Below, piece after piece: positions 61,076 to 64,000 of a DNA stretch of 64,000 nt (position 1 is the first letter of the stretch; each line of letters opens with the position of its first letter). Position numbers and translations under genes: made by a program. Source of the stretch: the human T2T-CHM13v2.0 reference genome, Homo sapiens; assembly GCF_009914755.1 (NCBI RefSeq), contig NC_060947.1. One strand, 5' to 3'. Below the pieces are notes generated by a model. The model was not told the DNA's origin. It saw only the letters and a list, made by a program, of their open reading frames with translations, and did no database searches.

Positions 61076-62297
61076 GATTCCTTCTGCCTGCAAGGCCATT
61101 AGCCAAACAAACTTACCTGACTACTGATAGATTCAGCTGGGGGTTCCACTCCCATGTGCCCACCTAGGCCCTGGCTTCCCTGAAAGAGGGGTATTGCATT
61201 TTTTCGGAGAAAGTGGTGAAGTGAAAGCCACTTTGGGGCACAGATTCAGTCCTTTATGTGGAATTTGAAGCATCTCATTCCTGGAAACTCTTCATTCAGG
61301 TCTAACATGAGCCTGGCATGGGTAAGAGTTCAGTGAATGAATGACTGGCTGACTAGATAAATGAGTGACCTTCTTCCGTGTCTAGCCCCACCATCATATT
61401 TGTATAATCTTTCCACAGTTAGTTAGTGTGTCTTGGTTCTCTCTTCAGAAATGGTTGATGGTGCCCCTGCATGTGCAGATGTAATCCCAGACTCTTCAGC
61501 CCAGCCTAGTCAAGCACTCCCCCATCTGACCCTAGCTTGCTGGTCCAGCTTCACCTCTTACTGCACTCATCCACGTGCTCTGCCCTCTAGCCTCACTGGC
61601 CTGAGCCGGAATAGTAGCAACAAGCATGTGCAGAGTGCTTGCCCAGTTCCAGGCCATGTTCTGAGGGCTTTATGTACATTAACTCACTTAACCCTTGCCA
61701 CAACCCTATAGGCAGGTACTCATGACTTTCATGGGAGTCTAGAAGAGGTTCCATGACCCACTGAAGTTTAAGAACCTCTGATCTAGAGAATTTCCTCTAG
61801 GTGGAAAGTGGGTTGAGCCTGGTTGAGTGTCAGCTCCCCTATCTCCTGTGGGGCCTGCACTGAGCCAGCACAGGGCATGGGGCTCTGAGACCTAAAGACC
61901 CAACAGTTATGGGGCTCCTTAGCGGGGTACCAGAGACACTGATCTGGGACGAGCCCACACTGCAGTGCAGGATGACCTATTGCTACCCTGACTATGGAGA
62001 CTAGGGGAAAGGACAGCAGGGGTGGGGGAAGGGTGTGTGGTGAGGGCAGGAGATAGTCAAGGCATAGTTGATGAGGTCAGGGCAGTAAGACAAAGGCACA
62101 GAGGATATAGGACAGAGTAACAGAGAACATTTTGAGAGGTGGTCTATTACAATTGTTAAAATCATAGACTCCGAAGCCAAACTGCCAAAGTTGGAATCCT
62201 GGCTCTGCTCACTGCTTATTAGCCATGGACCCAAGTAGGTTACTGTACTGCTCCAATCCTGTTTTCTTATTTGATTTGTAAAATAGAGATAGTTATG

Positions 62298-62612
62298 CAG
62301 TCATGCTTCACTTAAATACAGGGATACATTCTGAGAAATGTGTCATTGGGCAATTTTGTCCTTGTGTGAACATCCTATAGTGATTTACACAATCCTCTAT
62401 GATGTAGCCTACCACTCACCTAGGCTATGTGGTAGAGTCCATTGCTCCTAGGCTATAAACCTATAGAGCAGGCTATTGTCCTGAATACCATAGGCAACTG
62501 TAACACAGCAATAAGTATTTGTGTCTCTAAAAATATAAAAGGTACAGTAAAAATATGATATTATAATCTTATGGGACCACGGTTGTATATGCGGTCTGTC
62601 ATTGCCCGACTC
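62298..62612 (+). mobile_element. Tigger3/MER7 (TcMar DNA transposon) fragment inserted in a MIR
   Basis: cagtcatgcttcacttaa...gatacattctgagaaatg and taatcttatgggaccac. Confidence 0.85.
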
Positions 62613-63399
62613 CCGTGAAAGCCATGAGATCCTCTTCCTGGATAAAATGCTCATGCACACATACCTACTGTAGATAATCGCTGGGAGTTCCTGGTGCCCT
62701 GAAGTCCTCCCCAGGGAAGGAAAGCTGATATTTACAGAACCCCTTCTGGGCACCAGTCATTGCAGAGAGCCTTTCAGATGCATTTTTTCATTGAACCCTC
62801 TCAGCCCCACAGGAAGCAGACCTTTGACAGCCTGCCCTAAGTCTCGCACACAGGCAGTGAGAGAGGTGGTAGGCACTTGCAGCCCGGACCTCCAGTCTAT
62901 AAATTCTTGCTTGCCCCAGTCCTTACCTCAGAAGCTGGAAAACTGTAGGTATCTGCCCTGTAGATGAGGGACTGGCTACAACAGGGCAGCAGTGACCCTC
63001 TGGTTATCTCCACAGAACCCTGGGAAGGAATCTGGGAAGTAACCGTGGCTGTTAGCCAGGACACTGGGGACCCTAAGCCTGAACCAGCTGTGGCCCAAGT
63101 GTAGAGTGGCTGGGGGATGGGCTGGCAGCAAGCCTGTTGGAGCAGAGGGGCCCGGATGCTGGGAGGAAGCAGATAGTGGCCAGAATGGGATTTCCTGAGA
63201 TGCTTGCAAGGTCAGGGAGGAGGGCCTGAAGCCAGGGCAGAATGAGGGGCCTTGTTGGGGGAGGGCATTGACTCTGTTTACCAGGGCCCTTGTTAGTTTT
63301 GGGGTTCCTGGATTACCTTTGCTGGATTGAGAAAGGTCGGAAAACTGGAAAGGATGCATGATCACCCAAGATCAAGAGGTGTGAGGTCTGGGTCTGTCC

Positions 63400-63770
63400 C
63401 TGCTCCTAGCGTGTTGGGTCACTTTAGGTGGTCCCTTCCTCTCATTGAGCTGCAGGTCTCTATCTGTCCTATAATTAGGCCATCTCCAAGGGCTTCTCCC
63501 TAGTTGTGACATCTTCAATTCTAGGATCTTTGTCTCAGCCTCAGTCACTGACCTGGGACAGTCTTAACTTACTTGAGTCTACCAAGGAATTTATCTGTGA
63601 CAGAGCAAAAGTTTACATCATTAACAATTCAACAGACATTTACCAAGGGCATCTGTTTTCCAGGCACTGGGCTGGGTGCTATGGCTCCAGCAAGGAGGCC
63701 AACCCTGCTTCTGTCTATGGAAAGCTCCCAGCTAGGTGGGAACAACTGGCATATAAAACAAGCATCAAGA
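63400..63770. mobile_element. MIR3 and L2 fragments
   Basis: MIR3-like 63400-63550; L2 tail caattcaacagacatttacc from about 63620. Confidence 0.55.
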
Positions 63771-64000
63771 CACTGCACATATACCTTGGGCTCTAATAGT
63801 CATCTCCATTGTGTGCCCAGGAGCACATCCCTAAACATCCCTGATTTGAGTACAGAGCTGGCCCACCCATCCATCGGGAGTGGGTACAGACAAACACCAT
63901 GAGGAGAAAGTGAGGAGGGAGCTACGTGAATGCCATCTCTGCTGGAGACTCTCAGGCAAAGAGGCTGGAGTAAGAAGCAGCACTGAAGTGACATACCTTG

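Overview
Primate (human-like) genomic DNA with no intact protein-coding gene or RNA gene that I can support. Roughly half is interspersed repeat: Alu S/Y/J, FLAM, MIR, L2, old L1M, a 5.5 kb 5'-truncated L1PA4-like element, MLT1/ERVL LTRs, and MER1B/MER20/MER58/Tigger3 DNA transposons. The main observation is in the unique sequence between repeats. From 1 to about 28,800 on the + strand there are more than 12 decayed exon-like blocks (stops, frameshifts, repeat insertions). By eye, their translations align in the correct order with human EFCAB5, from the N-terminal docking-like domain through the EF-hands and GAF region to the C-terminus. This suggests an ancient, intron-containing, lost EFCAB5 paralogue. 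A second decayed + strand gene remnant with an RIIa-type dimerization/docking motif (SPA17-like) lies at about 41.2-43.8 kb. Other points: a TSD-flanked non-L1 retro-insertion (12.6-13.3 kb), twin perfect hairpins over a splice acceptor (14.7 kb), an AT-rich palindrome, a rearranged L1MA and a 37-bp x3 tandem repeat. Protein comparisons use reference sequences recalled from memory and need database confirmation. Repeat subfamily names are approximate.
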